DNA of 44,746 nucleotides from a virus. The stretch is from IMG/VR virus record IMGVR_UViG_3300045988_129544, positions 1-44,746 of that record; one strand, 5' to 3'. Below the pieces are notes generated by a model that did no database searches, was not told where the DNA came from, and saw only the letters and a program-made list of their open reading frames with translations. A program made the position numbers and the translations under genes. Positions 9,420 to 18,601 of the stretch are shown here, piece after piece; within the stretch, counting starts at the first letter, position 1, and every line of letters starts with the position of its first letter.

Positions 9420-10408
9420 GCAGTTATCTGTGGATGCGCAAGTGGAAAATCCTTGTTGTGGATGCTCAGGACAAGGAGGCCCTGAATGTTTCTGACCTGC
9501 ATGTGAAGTTTACTGTCAAAAAGTCGTGGGAAATAAACAACTATTCTACCGTGGAAATTTACAATCTTACTGCAGCAACCGAACAGAAAATCCTTAAGGA
9601 AGGCGACCGTATCATCATTGAGGCTGGCTATGAAGGCTATCTGACTACATCTGCAGATGGGACGATACAAGAAATCAAAGACTCCGAAGGTAATACCCAA
9701 GAGAAACAGTACGGAGTTATCTTTGACGGTAAAATTATTTATCCATCCCGGCGCAAGGAGAATAATACGGACTACGTGTTGTCGCTCCTGTGCGTGGATG
9801 GAGCTAATGTCCTTGGGAAAAATTTTATTGCTAAAACCTTAAACAAGGGCGTTAATCAACGTCAGATTTTGGATGCGGTCTGCGAAAAGTCAAAAACCAA
9901 AATACCTACGAATAGTATTACTCAGGGCCTGTCCGGACAAAAACTGCCGCGAGGTAAGGTTATTTTTGGCGAGCCTAAAGATTATATCTCCGATATCGCC
10001 CGCGGTAATAGTGCGAGCTATTGGGTGAATGACGGCAAATTGAACATGATTAAGCTTGCCGACGCTGCCGAGGATGAAGCTATCGTGCAAACGCCTACTA
10101 CCGGTCTTGTCGGTATGCCGACGCAGACGCAGTATGGCGCAAATTTTAAGCTGCTGCTGAATCCCGCTGTGCATATGTGGTCTTTGGTGCAGCTTAAAAA
10201 TAGCGAGATTGCGGAAGCGCAGGTTACTCCAGGTCAGGCGCAGATGCCGCTTGATAAAGAGTGGATCTATCAGGTAATCGAGCTGACGCATACTGGTGAT
10301 ACTATGGGTAATGATTGGTATACGTCCTGTACGGCTGTTTCTCGCTATGGTAAGGGCGTTCTGCCTGCTCTCATGGCCAACAATGCGCAGAATCCGAACG
10401 GAGTGTGA
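9416..10408 (+). CDS. baseplate hub protein (gpD / XkdQ-like)
   Basis: 330 aa. Gene order matches PBSX/Mu-like baseplates. ATGA overlap with the upstream ORF. Confidence 0.6.
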   Translation: MSSYLWMRKWKILVVDAQDKEALNVSDLHVKFTVKKSWEINNYSTVEIYNLTAATEQKILKEGDRIIIEAGYEGYLTTSADGTIQEIKDSEGNTQEKQYGVIFDGKIIYPSRRKENNTDYVLSLLCVDGANVLGKNFIAKTLNKGVNQRQILDAVCEKSKTKIPTNSITQGLSGQKLPRGKVIFGEPKDYISDIARGNSASYWVNDGKLNMIKLADAAEDEAIVQTPTTGLVGMPTQTQYGANFKLLLNPAVHMWSLVQLKNSEIAEAQVTPGQAQMPLDKEWIYQVIELTHTGDTMGNDWYTSCTAVSRYGKGVLPALMANNAQNPNGV

Positions 10409-10962
10409 TTAGTATGATTGATTTGAATTTGCGCACGCCGAACGTCGAACGGCAGGGAGTATTGGATGCTCGTGCCGCTGCAATCAAGACGCGCGTGTGC
10501 ATGCCTGGCATTATCCAAAGCTTTGACGCGGCCACTCAGACTGTTACTGTGCAACCAGCGCTGCGAGAAAAAATGCTTGCAGACGGTGATGAATCATGGA
10601 TAGATATTCCCTTGCTGGTCGACGTGCCTATTGTCGTGCCACGCGCCGGAGGTTATGCGCTGACGCTGCCGATACAGGCAGGTGATGAGTGTTTGGTTGT
10701 CTTTGGCGATATGTGCATGGATGGCTGGTGGCAGAGCGGAGGCGTGCAAAATCAAGTAGAGTGTCGCAGGCATGACCTGTCTGATGGCTTTGCTATTATC
10801 GGCGTGTGGTCGCAGCCTAGAGTAATCTCCGGCTACAGCACAGGCTCTGCTCAGCTACGCAATGATGCGGGCAGTGCTTACGTAGAGCTTGCCGGAGACA
10901 CGATTAACATCGTAGGCGGTACGGTAAACATTAAAGCAGGGCGGGTGAATATCAATGAGTAA
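10405..10962 (+). CDS. baseplate spike protein (gpV / gp138 N-terminal OB-fold-like)
   Basis: 185 aa with the motif GDECLVVFGDMCMDGWW, placed just before the PAAR gene. The start is uncertain (GTG 10405 or ATG 10414). Confidence 0.65.
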   Translation: MISMIDLNLRTPNVERQGVLDARAAAIKTRVCMPGIIQSFDAATQTVTVQPALREKMLADGDESWIDIPLLVDVPIVVPRAGGYALTLPIQAGDECLVVFGDMCMDGWWQSGGVQNQVECRRHDLSDGFAIIGVWSQPRVISGYSTGSAQLRNDAGSAYVELAGDTINIVGGTVNIKAGRVNINE

Positions 10963-11245
10963 TGCAACGCGTTTAGGCGATTTGGATACCGGTCATGATG
11001 CCTGTGCTCCGACAGCACTCGTATCTGCCAGCCCTAACGTATATATCAACGGCCGCGCTGCAGGCCGTGTGGGGGACAGCTATGCACCTCACGGCTGTAT
11101 CAATCACCCGTCGCATAGCGGTACGATTGCCAGTGGGAGTGCCAGTGTTTATATTAACGGCAAGGCTGCCGGGCGCGTTGGTGATCACGTCAGCTGTGGC
11201 GGCACTGTAGCTGAAGGCAGCAGCAATGTGTTTATTGGAGGCTGA
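10955..11245 (+). CDS. PAAR-repeat spike-tip protein
   Basis: 96 aa with a repeated VYINGxAAGRVGD motif and a His/Cys pattern typical of PAAR domains. Confidence 0.85.
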   Translation: MSNATRLGDLDTGHDACAPTALVSASPNVYINGRAAGRVGDSYAPHGCINHPSHSGTIASGSASVYINGKAAGRVGDHVSCGGTVAEGSSNVFIGG

Positions 11246-11246
11246 T

Positions 11247-11612
11247 ATGCAGGTTAGACGTTTAGACGACAATTGGGACTACTGCTTTGGTCGTGGCTCT
11301 CAAAATTACATCAGCGGCGTAGAAGCTGTCGGGCAGGCGATAAAGCAGCGCCTGCTCTTGCTTTATGCCGAATGGTGGGAAGATCTAAAAGATGGGCTGC
11401 CGTTGTGGGAGCAAATCTTAGGCACGTCCGGCAGTGATGAGAATAGGCAGGCTGTAGATATTATTATCCGTGACCGTATAAGCGGCACGGAAGGAGTGCA
11501 GTCTGTCACGTCTTTTGAATCATCTTACGAACGCAGACATTATAAATTTACGGCAACTGTAGAGACTATTTATGGCTCATTGACTATTAGTAGTGAGGAG
11601 GTGCAGATGTGA
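11247..11612 (+). CDS. baseplate wedge protein (gpW/gp25 or XkdS-like)
   Basis: ATG 11247 lies 5 nt after GGAGG. 121 aa, located before the baseplate J-like gene. Confidence 0.55.
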   Translation: MQVRRLDDNWDYCFGRGSQNYISGVEAVGQAIKQRLLLLYAEWWEDLKDGLPLWEQILGTSGSDENRQAVDIIIRDRISGTEGVQSVTSFESSYERRHYKFTATVETIYGSLTISSEEVQM

Positions 11613-12799
11613 CGTATTTTAAACCTTATGTTGATAGTACGGGACTGCATATCCCTACCTACAACGATATTTTAGAGGATATGATTGCTGCAATGAAGCA
11701 AATCTACGGCGATGATATCTATCTGGACAACAGCTCACCTGATTATCAGCTGTTGTCCATTTTTGCTCTCAAGCAAAGCGATACGCTGCAGGCTCTCGCG
11801 TATGCGTATAATGCACGGTCACCTGAAACGGCTATTGGTGCGTCGCTGGACAGCGTGGTAAAGCTGAACGGCATTAAGCGTAAGGCTGCCAGTCAGAGCA
11901 CGTGTCAGGTAAAAATCACCGGCACGCCATTTACACAAATCGTTAACGGTGCTGTGCGTGACCGCGCTGGCCTGACGTGGGATTTGCCATCTAGCGTGGT
12001 TATTGACTCTAGCGGAACGACTTACACTGTTGCGACCTGCCGCACGGCCGGAGCTGTGAGCGCTCTGGCTGGCGATATCAGCCAGATTGAAACGCCGACC
12101 TACGGCTGGGTGTCTGTAACGAATGAAGTTGCTGCTGTGCTGGGTAATGCGCAGGAGACCGATGCGCAGCTGCGTGAACGCCAGGCTATCAGCACTGCGA
12201 ATCCGTCGCAGACCATGCTGGACGGAACGAAGGGCGCGATTGCTGCTCTTAAAAATGTTTCCCGCTACGCTGTGTACGAGAACGATACCAACGTCAGCTC
12301 TGTAACGGATGATAATCCGTATGGCCTGCCTGCGCACTCGGTGACTTGCGTTGTGGAAGGCGGTACGGATGAAGACGTGGCAGAAGCGATATTTTTGCAT
12401 AAGGGCATAGGCTGTTATACGAACGGCGATGTTGAAGTGCAGTATACGGACCAGAACGATTATATAAACCGTGTGCGGTTTTATCGCCCTGTCTACAAAG
12501 ATATTTTTGTTAAGGTCGTAATCAAAAAATATACAGGCTATATATCCACTATGACTGTCAAAGTCCGTGAAGCTGTTTATAATTATCTGGCCGCGTTGAC
12601 GATTGGCAGTGACGTGTCTGCGTCGGTGCTGAGCAACATCATTACTGATTGTAATCCCTCACTCACCAAGCCTATCTTTGGCATCAAAGAACTGAAGCTG
12701 GGGCTTAGCAAATCGTCTATGGCAGCGCAGGACATTGATATCGGCTTTAAGGAAATTCCGAATCCTGCGTATGCGAACATTGAGGTGACGCTGGAATGA
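11609..12799 (+). CDS. baseplate J-like protein
   Basis: 396 aa. Size, position and N-terminal pattern are typical of the gpJ/Mu gp47/XkdT family. Confidence 0.75.
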   Translation: MTYFKPYVDSTGLHIPTYNDILEDMIAAMKQIYGDDIYLDNSSPDYQLLSIFALKQSDTLQALAYAYNARSPETAIGASLDSVVKLNGIKRKAASQSTCQVKITGTPFTQIVNGAVRDRAGLTWDLPSSVVIDSSGTTYTVATCRTAGAVSALAGDISQIETPTYGWVSVTNEVAAVLGNAQETDAQLRERQAISTANPSQTMLDGTKGAIAALKNVSRYAVYENDTNVSSVTDDNPYGLPAHSVTCVVEGGTDEDVAEAIFLHKGIGCYTNGDVEVQYTDQNDYINRVRFYRPVYKDIFVKVVIKKYTGYISTMTVKVREAVYNYLAALTIGSDVSASVLSNIITDCNPSLTKPIFGIKELKLGLSKSSMAAQDIDIGFKEIPNPAYANIEVTLE

Positions 12800-13527
12800 T
12801 GCAGAATCTTGATTATTATAAGCGCCTGGTTACGAGCGAATATCGCCACAGCCCACGCTTTACGGCGATGGTACAGAAGCTGCTTAGCTATGGTCTGGAA
12901 ATTGACGACAGCATAAATAATATGATTGTGGCGTTTGAGGTGGACAATGCTAGTACAGCGCAGCTGGATATTTTAGGGCAGATTGTTGGCGTAAGCCGTC
13001 AACTGAAATTCGAGCCGTCTGCTGCTGCCATTGGTGAGGTTATTTGTCCATCGCCGGCAGAAATGGCAAGCGGTGAGGTTTATCCGATAATTTATACGCC
13101 TACGCCTGACAAATTGGCGAGCACGCCTATGCTCACAGGTTATCCGCCAGCGGAAATGGGCGAGGGCAATCTGCTGGACGACGAAGTTTTCAGGTTGATG
13201 ATTAAGGCCCGCATTATCCAGAATACCTGGAAAGGCACCATCGGTGAGCTGTACGATTTGTGGGACGCTGTCATGGGCGCTAATAAAAAACTGTCCATTG
13301 AGGACTTGCAGGATATGAGCTACAACATTGTGCTGCAGGGTGACTACACGCAACTTGAGGAAGAACTCATCATCCATGCTTATGTTATCCCAAAGCCGGA
13401 AGGCGTGCGTATCAATGTGCTGACGTTTGTATCGACAGACGGCTTGCCTTTGTTTAGCTATGATTATAATACTATGCGTTACAGTGGCTATGAGAGCCAT
13501 TGGGCGGAAGCAGAAAAGGGGAATTGA
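12796..13527 (+). CDS. baseplate / tail-fibre attachment protein (gpI / XkdU-like)
   Basis: 243 aa, ATGA-coupled to the J-like gene. N-terminal YYKRLVTSEYRHSPRF motif. Confidence 0.55.
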   Translation: MMQNLDYYKRLVTSEYRHSPRFTAMVQKLLSYGLEIDDSINNMIVAFEVDNASTAQLDILGQIVGVSRQLKFEPSAAAIGEVICPSPAEMASGEVYPIIYTPTPDKLASTPMLTGYPPAEMGEGNLLDDEVFRLMIKARIIQNTWKGTIGELYDLWDAVMGANKKLSIEDLQDMSYNIVLQGDYTQLEEELIIHAYVIPKPEGVRINVLTFVSTDGLPLFSYDYNTMRYSGYESHWAEAEKGN

Positions 13528-13530
13528 TAA

Positions 13531-14337
13531 ATGGCTAGTAGTAATTTTAAGGTTTTTGCTGAAGCCGTGGCAGCGCTGAATGTTGTGAGCGACGCAGAGT
13601 ATGCTACGGATACACAGCGCATTAACGGCGTTGTGCCCGGTCTTGCTTCGGCGGCGCTGCATAACAAATTATACAAGCAGGCCACGATTATGGCTGCTGC
13701 GCTGGCGCAGGTGCTCGTGGAGCAGGGACAGGACGCTTTGGACAGCGATTACGCTGCGCTTGTAACGTCACTGAAAAAATCGTTGGTGCTGTCGCTGAAC
13801 GGGGAGAAGCCTGATAAAAATGGCAATATCCAGAAAAATTTTGTCTATAGCGTTGAGGGCAAAACTCCCGACAGTAAGGGAAATGTTGCTCTGAATATTG
13901 ATTATCTGAACGCGATGAGCTTTGTTGGCTCTGTGGTCATCACAAAAGATAACATCAATCCCGGTACGCAGATTGGTGGCACGTGGCAGCTTCTGCAGAG
14001 CGGTCGATATATCCGCTCTGCTGGTGATGGTTATGCTGGCGGTGCTCTGGGTGGTAGCGATGGCTTTGTGCTTACGCAGAAACAACTGCCTGCACATAGC
14101 CATGAAGCTACAATTTATGGTGCTGGTAATCATAAGCATGACATTTATGTTAGCAATTGGCAAACACACGGCGGTAGTGGTGGTGCAGGATATCAAGCTC
14201 ATGAGCGCCGCTGGGGCGCAACTGAAGAGGCTGGAAATCACTCGCATCAAATATCCATCCAATCTACCGGCAATGGAGAAAAAGTAACTTTTGAGCCGTC
14301 TTATCTGTGTTTATATTTTTGGGTGCGTACTGCGTGA
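13531..14337 (+). CDS. tail fibre protein with phage tail-collar domain
   Basis: 268 aa. The segment GGTWQLLQSGRYIRSAG..GGSDGFVLTQKQLPAHSH resembles the tail-collar domain. Confidence 0.7.
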   Translation: MASSNFKVFAEAVAALNVVSDAEYATDTQRINGVVPGLASAALHNKLYKQATIMAAALAQVLVEQGQDALDSDYAALVTSLKKSLVLSLNGEKPDKNGNIQKNFVYSVEGKTPDSKGNVALNIDYLNAMSFVGSVVITKDNINPGTQIGGTWQLLQSGRYIRSAGDGYAGGALGGSDGFVLTQKQLPAHSHEATIYGAGNHKHDIYVSNWQTHGGSGGAGYQAHERRWGATEEAGNHSHQISIQSTGNGEKVTFEPSYLCLYFWVRTA

Positions 14338-14347
14338 GGTGAAGTAA

Positions 14348-15568
14348 ATGAGTAATGCAAGAATACAGTTTAGCCTGGCGAGCGAGGATGTGTGGAACGC
14401 TTATAATCCTCAATTAAAGGAAGGCGAAATCGTCACTGTTTTAAAGGCCAATAAAAAAGTTAAATTGGTTCAGGGCAAGGTTGGCGGCTCAACGTACAGT
14501 GAGAGCACTGTGATTTGGGATCAAGACACTGCCGAGACTATCATGAGTCGCTCTGAATTGGCAGAATCTACTGCTACAGCACAGGCGGCAGCTGCCAGTG
14601 GCAGTGCATCAAAAGCTGCTGCATCTCAATCTGCCGCTGCAACGTCTGCTGCGAATGCTAAAGCAAGTGAGAACGCTGCAAAAACTAGCGAGACGAATGC
14701 TAAAGCATCAGAGACTGCTGCTAAAAACAGTGCCACATCTGCTGCGTCCTCTGCATCAACCGCAAGCATGCAGGCTGGCAAGGCAGCAGATAGTGCGACT
14801 GCCGCTGCCGGAAGTGCTACGCAGGCTGGTACGTTTGCAACAACGGCGACAAACAAAGCCACCGCTGCCGCAAAGAGTGAAAGTAACGCAAAGGCTTATA
14901 TGGATACTACAAAAGACCTTAGCGAAAACGTTAATGTTTTTGTTCCTACCGTTGATGCTGACGGAACTTTGACATGGACAAACAAAGCGGGACTATCCAA
15001 TCCTGACGCAGTCAATATCAAAGGTGCAAAAGGCGATAAGGGTGATCCCGGACCGCAAGGTCCGAAAGGCGATGAAGTTACTATTGATGAGGAACTATCT
15101 TCAACCTCTATTAATCCCGTTCAGAATAAAGTAGTAACGACAGCGATTGATACTCTTACTGCTAGTATCCCTAAACCATCTGTGGCTAATACATGGACGG
15201 CACAGCAGAATTTTCATGACCTTATGCTCAACCGAGAGAAGTACACTACCTATGCTGTCATTGGCACTTCGGATACACCTATAACCTCCACGAGAGTTTA
15301 TAACGTAACAGGTGCATTTACACTTAACCTCGCTACTTTGACTAAGGCATTAAGTGCTAATCAATCATCCGTATTTACTGCATACTTTGCTGCAAATGCA
15401 GATTACAGTTTGACTATAAGCAATGCAGGAAAATTAAAATATGTTGGTAGCGCAAGTGACGTAGCTATTACAAGTGCAGGATTGCTCCTTAACGTATGGA
15501 TGAGCAAAGATGGCGATGGCACGTTGACTAGTATTGTACAGGCTAACAAGTTAGGAGGTGACGTATAA
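14348..15568 (+). CDS. tail fibre protein (Ala/Ser/Thr-rich repeat shaft, short collagen-like run, variable C-terminus)
   Basis: 406 aa. Contains repeats such as SAAxAKASExAAKxS and a G-X-Y run GAKGDKGDPGPQGPKGD. Confidence 0.75.
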   Translation: MSNARIQFSLASEDVWNAYNPQLKEGEIVTVLKANKKVKLVQGKVGGSTYSESTVIWDQDTAETIMSRSELAESTATAQAAAASGSASKAAASQSAAATSAANAKASENAAKTSETNAKASETAAKNSATSAASSASTASMQAGKAADSATAAAGSATQAGTFATTATNKATAAAKSESNAKAYMDTTKDLSENVNVFVPTVDADGTLTWTNKAGLSNPDAVNIKGAKGDKGDPGPQGPKGDEVTIDEELSSTSINPVQNKVVTTAIDTLTASIPKPSVANTWTAQQNFHDLMLNREKYTTYAVIGTSDTPITSTRVYNVTGAFTLNLATLTKALSANQSSVFTAYFAANADYSLTISNAGKLKYVGSASDVAITSAGLLLNVWMSKDGDGTLTSIVQANKLGGDV

Positions 15569-15975
15569 TGGGACTTAATAGAATGATGATGGGAAAAGGT
15601 GGCGTAAAGGTTGAAGATGGTAGCAAGCATTGGAGTTTTAAAGAAGCAGATAATAAAACAATAGCTTTTACTGTTCCACCGGGTATTAAAAGAATCAAAG
15701 TGTTTGCAGAAGTTGACTATGCTGAAGGTACCGAAGATTATTCAAGTTTTTATGCAAAGATTAAAAATACAATAAATAATAAAATTTGGGGTGAAGGCAT
15801 TTCAGAATGTGAGATGCTTGAAAATATAAACCACGTAGATATTGATTCTATTGTAGGTGTAACCCCAAATAAAACCTATACATTGCATTTTGACTGTTAT
15901 TATACAACAGATGGTGTAACTTTTTCATGGGGTAAAGCAATAAATGACATGAAGCCCACAGTTGAAGATTATTAA
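15568..15975 (+). CDS. hypothetical tail-fibre-associated protein (visibly AT-rich)
   Basis: 135-aa ORF with a TAATG overlap to the fibre gene. Confidence 0.5.
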   Translation: MGLNRMMMGKGGVKVEDGSKHWSFKEADNKTIAFTVPPGIKRIKVFAEVDYAEGTEDYSSFYAKIKNTINNKIWGEGISECEMLENINHVDIDSIVGVTPNKTYTLHFDCYYTTDGVTFSWGKAINDMKPTVEDY

Positions 15976-15991
15976 GTAAAGGTGAAACAAA

Positions 15992-16492
15992 ATGCAAACA
16001 AAATATAAATATAAAGACCAAACCTATTCTAACATTTACCTACTTTCAGAAGCCTTAGGGCAGGAAGGTATCTTTATACCTCTTTCTATCTCCGAGGAAG
16101 CCTTGGCAGAATTAAATGTTACTGTTACGCATGAGGAAGAACCCTTAGAAGTGATTAAGCAACGTAAGATTGCAGAGCTTAAATATCAGCGTGATAAAGC
16201 AGAGGTAGAGCCTATTGAATACAGTGGACATAGCTTTGACTATGACGATAAAGCGAGAGATAGAATTAACGCAGCCATCATTGCGCTCGATTTGCAGGGA
16301 GAAGGCGCAAGCCTTGACTGGACTACGGCAGACAATCAAGATGTTAAAGTTACTGCTGACGATTTGCGTATGGTTATCGCCGCTGTTGCTGTGCGTAGTA
16401 ATGCTTTGCACACAGCGTATAGAGCCGCCAAAGCGAAGGTTGAATCTGCCAGCACGGCAGAAGAAGTGGAAGCTGTAGCAATGAATAATTAG
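15992..16492 (+). CDS. tail-fibre-associated protein, DUF4376-like (XkdW-like)
   Basis: 166 aa. The segment KIAELKYQRDKAEVEPIEYSGHSFDYDDKARDRINAAI matches the DUF4376 pattern, by recall. Confidence 0.6.
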   Translation: MQTKYKYKDQTYSNIYLLSEALGQEGIFIPLSISEEALAELNVTVTHEEEPLEVIKQRKIAELKYQRDKAEVEPIEYSGHSFDYDDKARDRINAAIIALDLQGEGASLDWTTADNQDVKVTADDLRMVIAAVAVRSNALHTAYRAAKAKVESASTAEEVEAVAMNN

Positions 16493-16503
16493 GAGGTTGA
16501 GAA

Positions 16504-17013
16504 ATGGATTTTTTAGCTTTGCGCTACGCCGTATATAACGCGGCACATACTTTGACTCATGGTTTTACTTACAAATCAGTTATCGGCGCGATTTTGGCAT
16601 TCCTGCTGCACAAGCATGCAGTACTGTTCATGCTTTTCTCAGCGCTGGTATTTCTGGACTGCTTTACCCGCTGGATGAGCCTGTCTTACAAACGTCTGCA
16701 GGGCATGGGGCAGACTCCGTCCGTGACGCAGATTATCGGCGGCATTGAGGCAGCTCGCGCAGAAGGCCTTATCTCCAGCGAAGTCATGAAGCATCGCTTT
16801 GTCGGGAAGGTCATCGTATATATCCTCTGCGTGCTTGCCGCTGTGCTGGTAGATTTGGCCATGATTACGCTGCAGCAGCCTGTATGGGCTGTGCCGTTGG
16901 TAGCAGGTTATCTGGTCATCACAGAGCTGCTGTCTATTTGTGAGAACCTCAACGACGCTGGTATTGAGGCAGTGAAAGGTCTTGTTAATGTTATCAAAAA
17001 GAGAAGAGGTTGA
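16504..17013 (+). CDS. holin (phage_holin_4_1 / toxin-secretion holin-like)
   Basis: 169 aa with several hydrophobic helices and the motif ITELLSICENLNDAGI, placed immediately upstream of the endolysin. Confidence 0.7.
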   Translation: MDFLALRYAVYNAAHTLTHGFTYKSVIGAILAFLLHKHAVLFMLFSALVFLDCFTRWMSLSYKRLQGMGQTPSVTQIIGGIEAARAEGLISSEVMKHRFVGKVIVYILCVLAAVLVDLAMITLQQPVWAVPLVAGYLVITELLSICENLNDAGIEAVKGLVNVIKKRRG

Positions 17014-17018
17014 TTGTT

Positions 17019-17393
17019 ATGGCTATGTTATCTGCTCATTTTTCTGAGTCCGAATTTGCTTGCAAGCATTGCGGAACGCTGCCGACATATGGCATTAGCT
17101 CTGCATTGCTGACCGGTCTGGAACGCTTGCGTGCACGTTTAGGTCGCCCGATAATTATTACTAGCGGCTATCGTTGCCCGGTACACAATGCTGCTGTAGG
17201 CGGTGTATCTAACTCTCAGCACGTGGCTGGCACTGCTGCAGATATCTACGTTGACGGTGTGTCTACACGTGAGCTGGCTCGCATCTGCAAGCAGATTTTT
17301 GATGGTGTGGGTACTTATGTATCGCAGGGCTTTGTGCACGTCGACATGCGTGCTGGCGGCTCTGTTCCGGGCTATTATCTGTGGGAGGGCTAA
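17019..17393 (+). CDS. endolysin, peptidase M15A (D-Ala-D-Ala carboxypeptidase-like)
   Basis: SQHVAGTAADI and GFVHVDMR zinc-ligand motifs. ATG 17019 lies 9 nt after GAGG. Confidence 0.85.
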   Translation: MAMLSAHFSESEFACKHCGTLPTYGISSALLTGLERLRARLGRPIIITSGYRCPVHNAAVGGVSNSQHVAGTAADIYVDGVSTRELARICKQIFDGVGTYVSQGFVHVDMRAGGSVPGYYLWEG

Positions 17394-17394
17394 G

Positions 17395-17814
17395 ATGTGC
17401 TTAAAACAATATTGCGCAATTACTGCAGCTACATTGTGCTTGCTATTGCCTGTCTCTGCATCGGAGGCATCATCGGCTACAACCTACACAACCTACACGA
17501 TGACGGCGGCGGAAATGTCAGCACTCGACAGCAGGTTGAGTCTGCTGCTGCAGCAAACAAAGAGCACCAGGCAAGCGCTGGCAGAATCACAAGCAGCGCT
17601 GAACGAGTCGAGAGCAGAATTGAGCAAGCTCAAGACGGAATCAATAAAGCTGCAGATAGAGCTGCAAGCTCAGAGCAGCTTATTGGAGAGTGCCAACAAA
17701 TCCTTGCAGGCATCCGCCAAAGAGGAAGCTCGCACCCGCCGCAGAATTAAAGCACAGCGCAATACCGCTATCGTTGCGGCCGTTGGTCTGCTTGCCTATG
17801 CTATTAATAAATGA
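17395..17814 (+). CDS. spanin-like lysis accessory protein (N-terminal signal sequence, coiled coil, C-terminal TM anchor); the reading frame is uncertain
   Basis: ATG 17395 lies 5 nt after GGGAGGG. 139 aa: MCLKQYCAITAATLCLLLPVSA.., heptad-like centre, RTRRRIKAQRNTAIVAAVGLLAYAI tail. A second open frame, 17397..17750, overlaps it completely. Confidence 0.45.
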   Translation: MCLKQYCAITAATLCLLLPVSASEASSATTYTTYTMTAAEMSALDSRLSLLLQQTKSTRQALAESQAALNESRAELSKLKTESIKLQIELQAQSSLLESANKSLQASAKEEARTRRRIKAQRNTAIVAAVGLLAYAINK

Positions 17815-17855
17815 TGATTGATTGGGAGGAAGTGATATCTTAGGAGGTCTTGTGT

Positions 17856-18089
17856 ATGGATGTCACTCGTAAGCGAGCGCGTACGTGGCTACGTATGTGC
17901 TCACGAATCGAACTTGACCGTGCCATGGAAGAAGCACGGCTTACGGAGCAACAGCGGGAAGTCATCGAGTTAATGTTTACCCGAGGCTTGTCCGTGGTTG
18001 CCATCAAATTACGCTGTAATATGGACGAAAGTACAATAAAACGTATCCTTGCCCGCTCTTACGACAAAATCTACAATGTCATCATGTAA
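17856..18089 (+). CDS. small sigma-70 region-4-like HTH regulator
   Basis: ATG 17856 lies 8 nt after TAGGAGG. The segment EQQREVIELMFTRGLSVVAIKLRCNMDESTIKRILARSYDKI is typical of region-4/LuxR-type HTH domains. Confidence 0.6.
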   Translation: MDVTRKRARTWLRMCSRIELDRAMEEARLTEQQREVIELMFTRGLSVVAIKLRCNMDESTIKRILARSYDKIYNVIM

Positions 18090-18092
18090 CCT

Positions 18093-18122
18093 GCGCCCCA
18101 GTGATCCTGGGGTGCTTTTTTT
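18093..18122 (+). terminator. intrinsic terminator
   Basis: GCGCCCCAG-tgatc-CTGGGGTGC followed by TTTTTTT. Confidence 0.8.
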
Positions 18123-18190
18123 ATGCCCTTTTATTGCGCTTTTGCACATCGCTTTTGCCTATACAATGTAGACAGAAATGAGGTGAGCTT

Positions 18191-18601
18191 ATGAATTTTG
18201 CAAATATGCCAAATCAACCGAACCTGCCGCCTATGCCGCAGCTCTTTGGTCAGCCAGCACAGCAGATGGCTCCAGCTGGTGAGATTGTATGGGTGCAGAG
18301 CGTCGACCAGCTCAATGCTTTAACTCTCCCGCCTAATGCGTCAAGAATCTACATGAATTCTGCTGATGCGGAGTTTTATATCGTAACTACGGACAAAATC
18401 GGCATGAAATCTGTAGCAACGTACACGTTTTTGGAGAAGCCCAAGCCGCAGCCTGTCGAGTACGTTACCAAGGCGGAGTTTGCAGAGCTTATTGCTCTGC
18501 TGAAAGGAGCGCAGAATGAATCCAATTTACCAAAGGCAGAATCAGCAGCAGCGTCAACCTCAGGCGGGCGACCTGCAGGTCATCAAGCAAAATCTCAATG
18601 A
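18191..18601 (+). CDS. hypothetical protein (cargo unit gene 1; Pro/Gln-rich N-terminus)
   Basis: 136-aa ORF with a GAGGTGAG SD. Its 3' 86 nt overlap a well-signalled small ORF. Confidence 0.55.
   Translation: MNFANMPNQPNLPPMPQLFGQPAQQMAPAGEIVWVQSVDQLNALTLPPNASRIYMNSADAEFYIVTTDKIGMKSVATYTFLEKPKPQPVEYVTKAEFAELIALLKGAQNESNLPKAESAAASTSGGRPAGHQAKSQ

Noticed and set aside
14598-14972. Alternative-frame ORFs (14598..14972 + and 14626..14862 -) in the tail fibre gene
   Set aside because: They lie in the Ala/Ser/Thr-rich repeat region, where GCn/AGC-rich codons keep all frames open. The annotated frame gives the coherent fibre repeat.
13531-15568. Diversity-generating retroelement or retron near the tail fibres
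   Set aside because: No reverse-transcriptase-like ORF exists anywhere in the window, and I saw no template/variable repeat pair.
17203-17394. Upstream extension of track ORF 17203..17814 into the endolysin gene
   Set aside because: The extension overlaps the M15 endolysin in another frame. The SD-led ATG at 17395, directly after the endolysin stop, is the plausible start.
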